The notes under the pieces were generated by a model. That model was not told the origin of the DNA. It worked only from the letters and a program-made list of their open reading frames with translations, and searched no databases. A program made the translations under genes and the position numbers. Shown piece by piece: positions 63,476 through 64,000 of a DNA stretch of 64,000 nt; position 1 is the stretch's first letter, and each line of letters begins with the position of its first letter. The stretch lies in assembly GCA_026025075.1 (NCBI GenBank), contig JAPEUI010000071.1, forward strand, positions 1 through 64,000, written 5' to 3'. Origin of the DNA: Vezdaea acicularis. Lineage: Eukaryota.

Positions 63476-64000
63476 TATACCTTTTGAACCAAGTCTTAGC
63501 TGAGTGAAAGAGCGGATATTCTCGAGCCGGGAGCTGGTCTATGGGAACTCCGAGAGATCTTGGACGGGCCTCTGGGGAGGATGGAGATGTGATATAGTCC
63601 ACCGCTTAAACGGACGTCCAATGTATCAATGCTATCATAGCCCGTCGTTGATAGTGACCTCCACTTGCGTTTCACCGCATACGAACGAGGTAACGCAATG
63701 CACTGGCCGGCGAAAACTCAAGCAAGATATTCTAAGACGGAAATGGAACGCGGAAAAAGAACACAACCGGAACGCTTCCCGCACGCTTACATGGCCCAGT
63801 AATCTGATCAGCTAACACTTGTGGCTCGTGCGTCGGTCGTTCGTTGCCGACGTTCCGCCGTTTGGCGTTGAGTCCCTTGTTGGATACTTTTTCTGCCGCA
63901 AGAGAGTACGTCACCGTCACCGGCTGCACCGGTCAAGGTATGCATGTAACCCTACTTGGATTCACCCTGAAGACGAAGGGAAATTGGCATTTGTAATTCC

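Overview
Gene-dense eukaryotic DNA from a filamentous ascomycete (Pezizomycotina-type GT-AG introns with CTRAY branch sites, intron-containing tRNAs). Most of the window is housekeeping genes: COX10, pyruvate kinase, MED8, an MPDU1-type PQ-loop protein, SPT5, an F-box-like protein, CAB4/PPAT, a DCAF7-type WD40 protein, ATG28, a cytochrome b5/acyl-CoA dehydrogenase fusion, SUR7/PalI, TPP1/Est3, WDR6/TRM734, RPN2, CET1, an LSM/MAK31 gene missing from the ORF track, RAD2 and a ZIP zinc transporter, plus tRNA-Val(TAC) and tRNA-Asp(GTC). The standout is an accessory island between COX10 and pyruvate kinase (~2.0-6.6 kb). It holds a ~1.14 kb array of 21 units of a 57-bp repeat built from three 19-bp monomers, bracketed by 13-bp direct repeats. 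The array lies just downstream of a cleanly spliced 4-exon orphan gene (320 aa) whose stop codon sits inside a 19-bp hairpin arm that shares its first bases with the array monomer. A second orphan (812 aa, intronless) and a small Kex2-type cationic membrane peptide occur at 30-35 kb. All product names come from motif recognition and all exon structures were read by hand; no searches were run.
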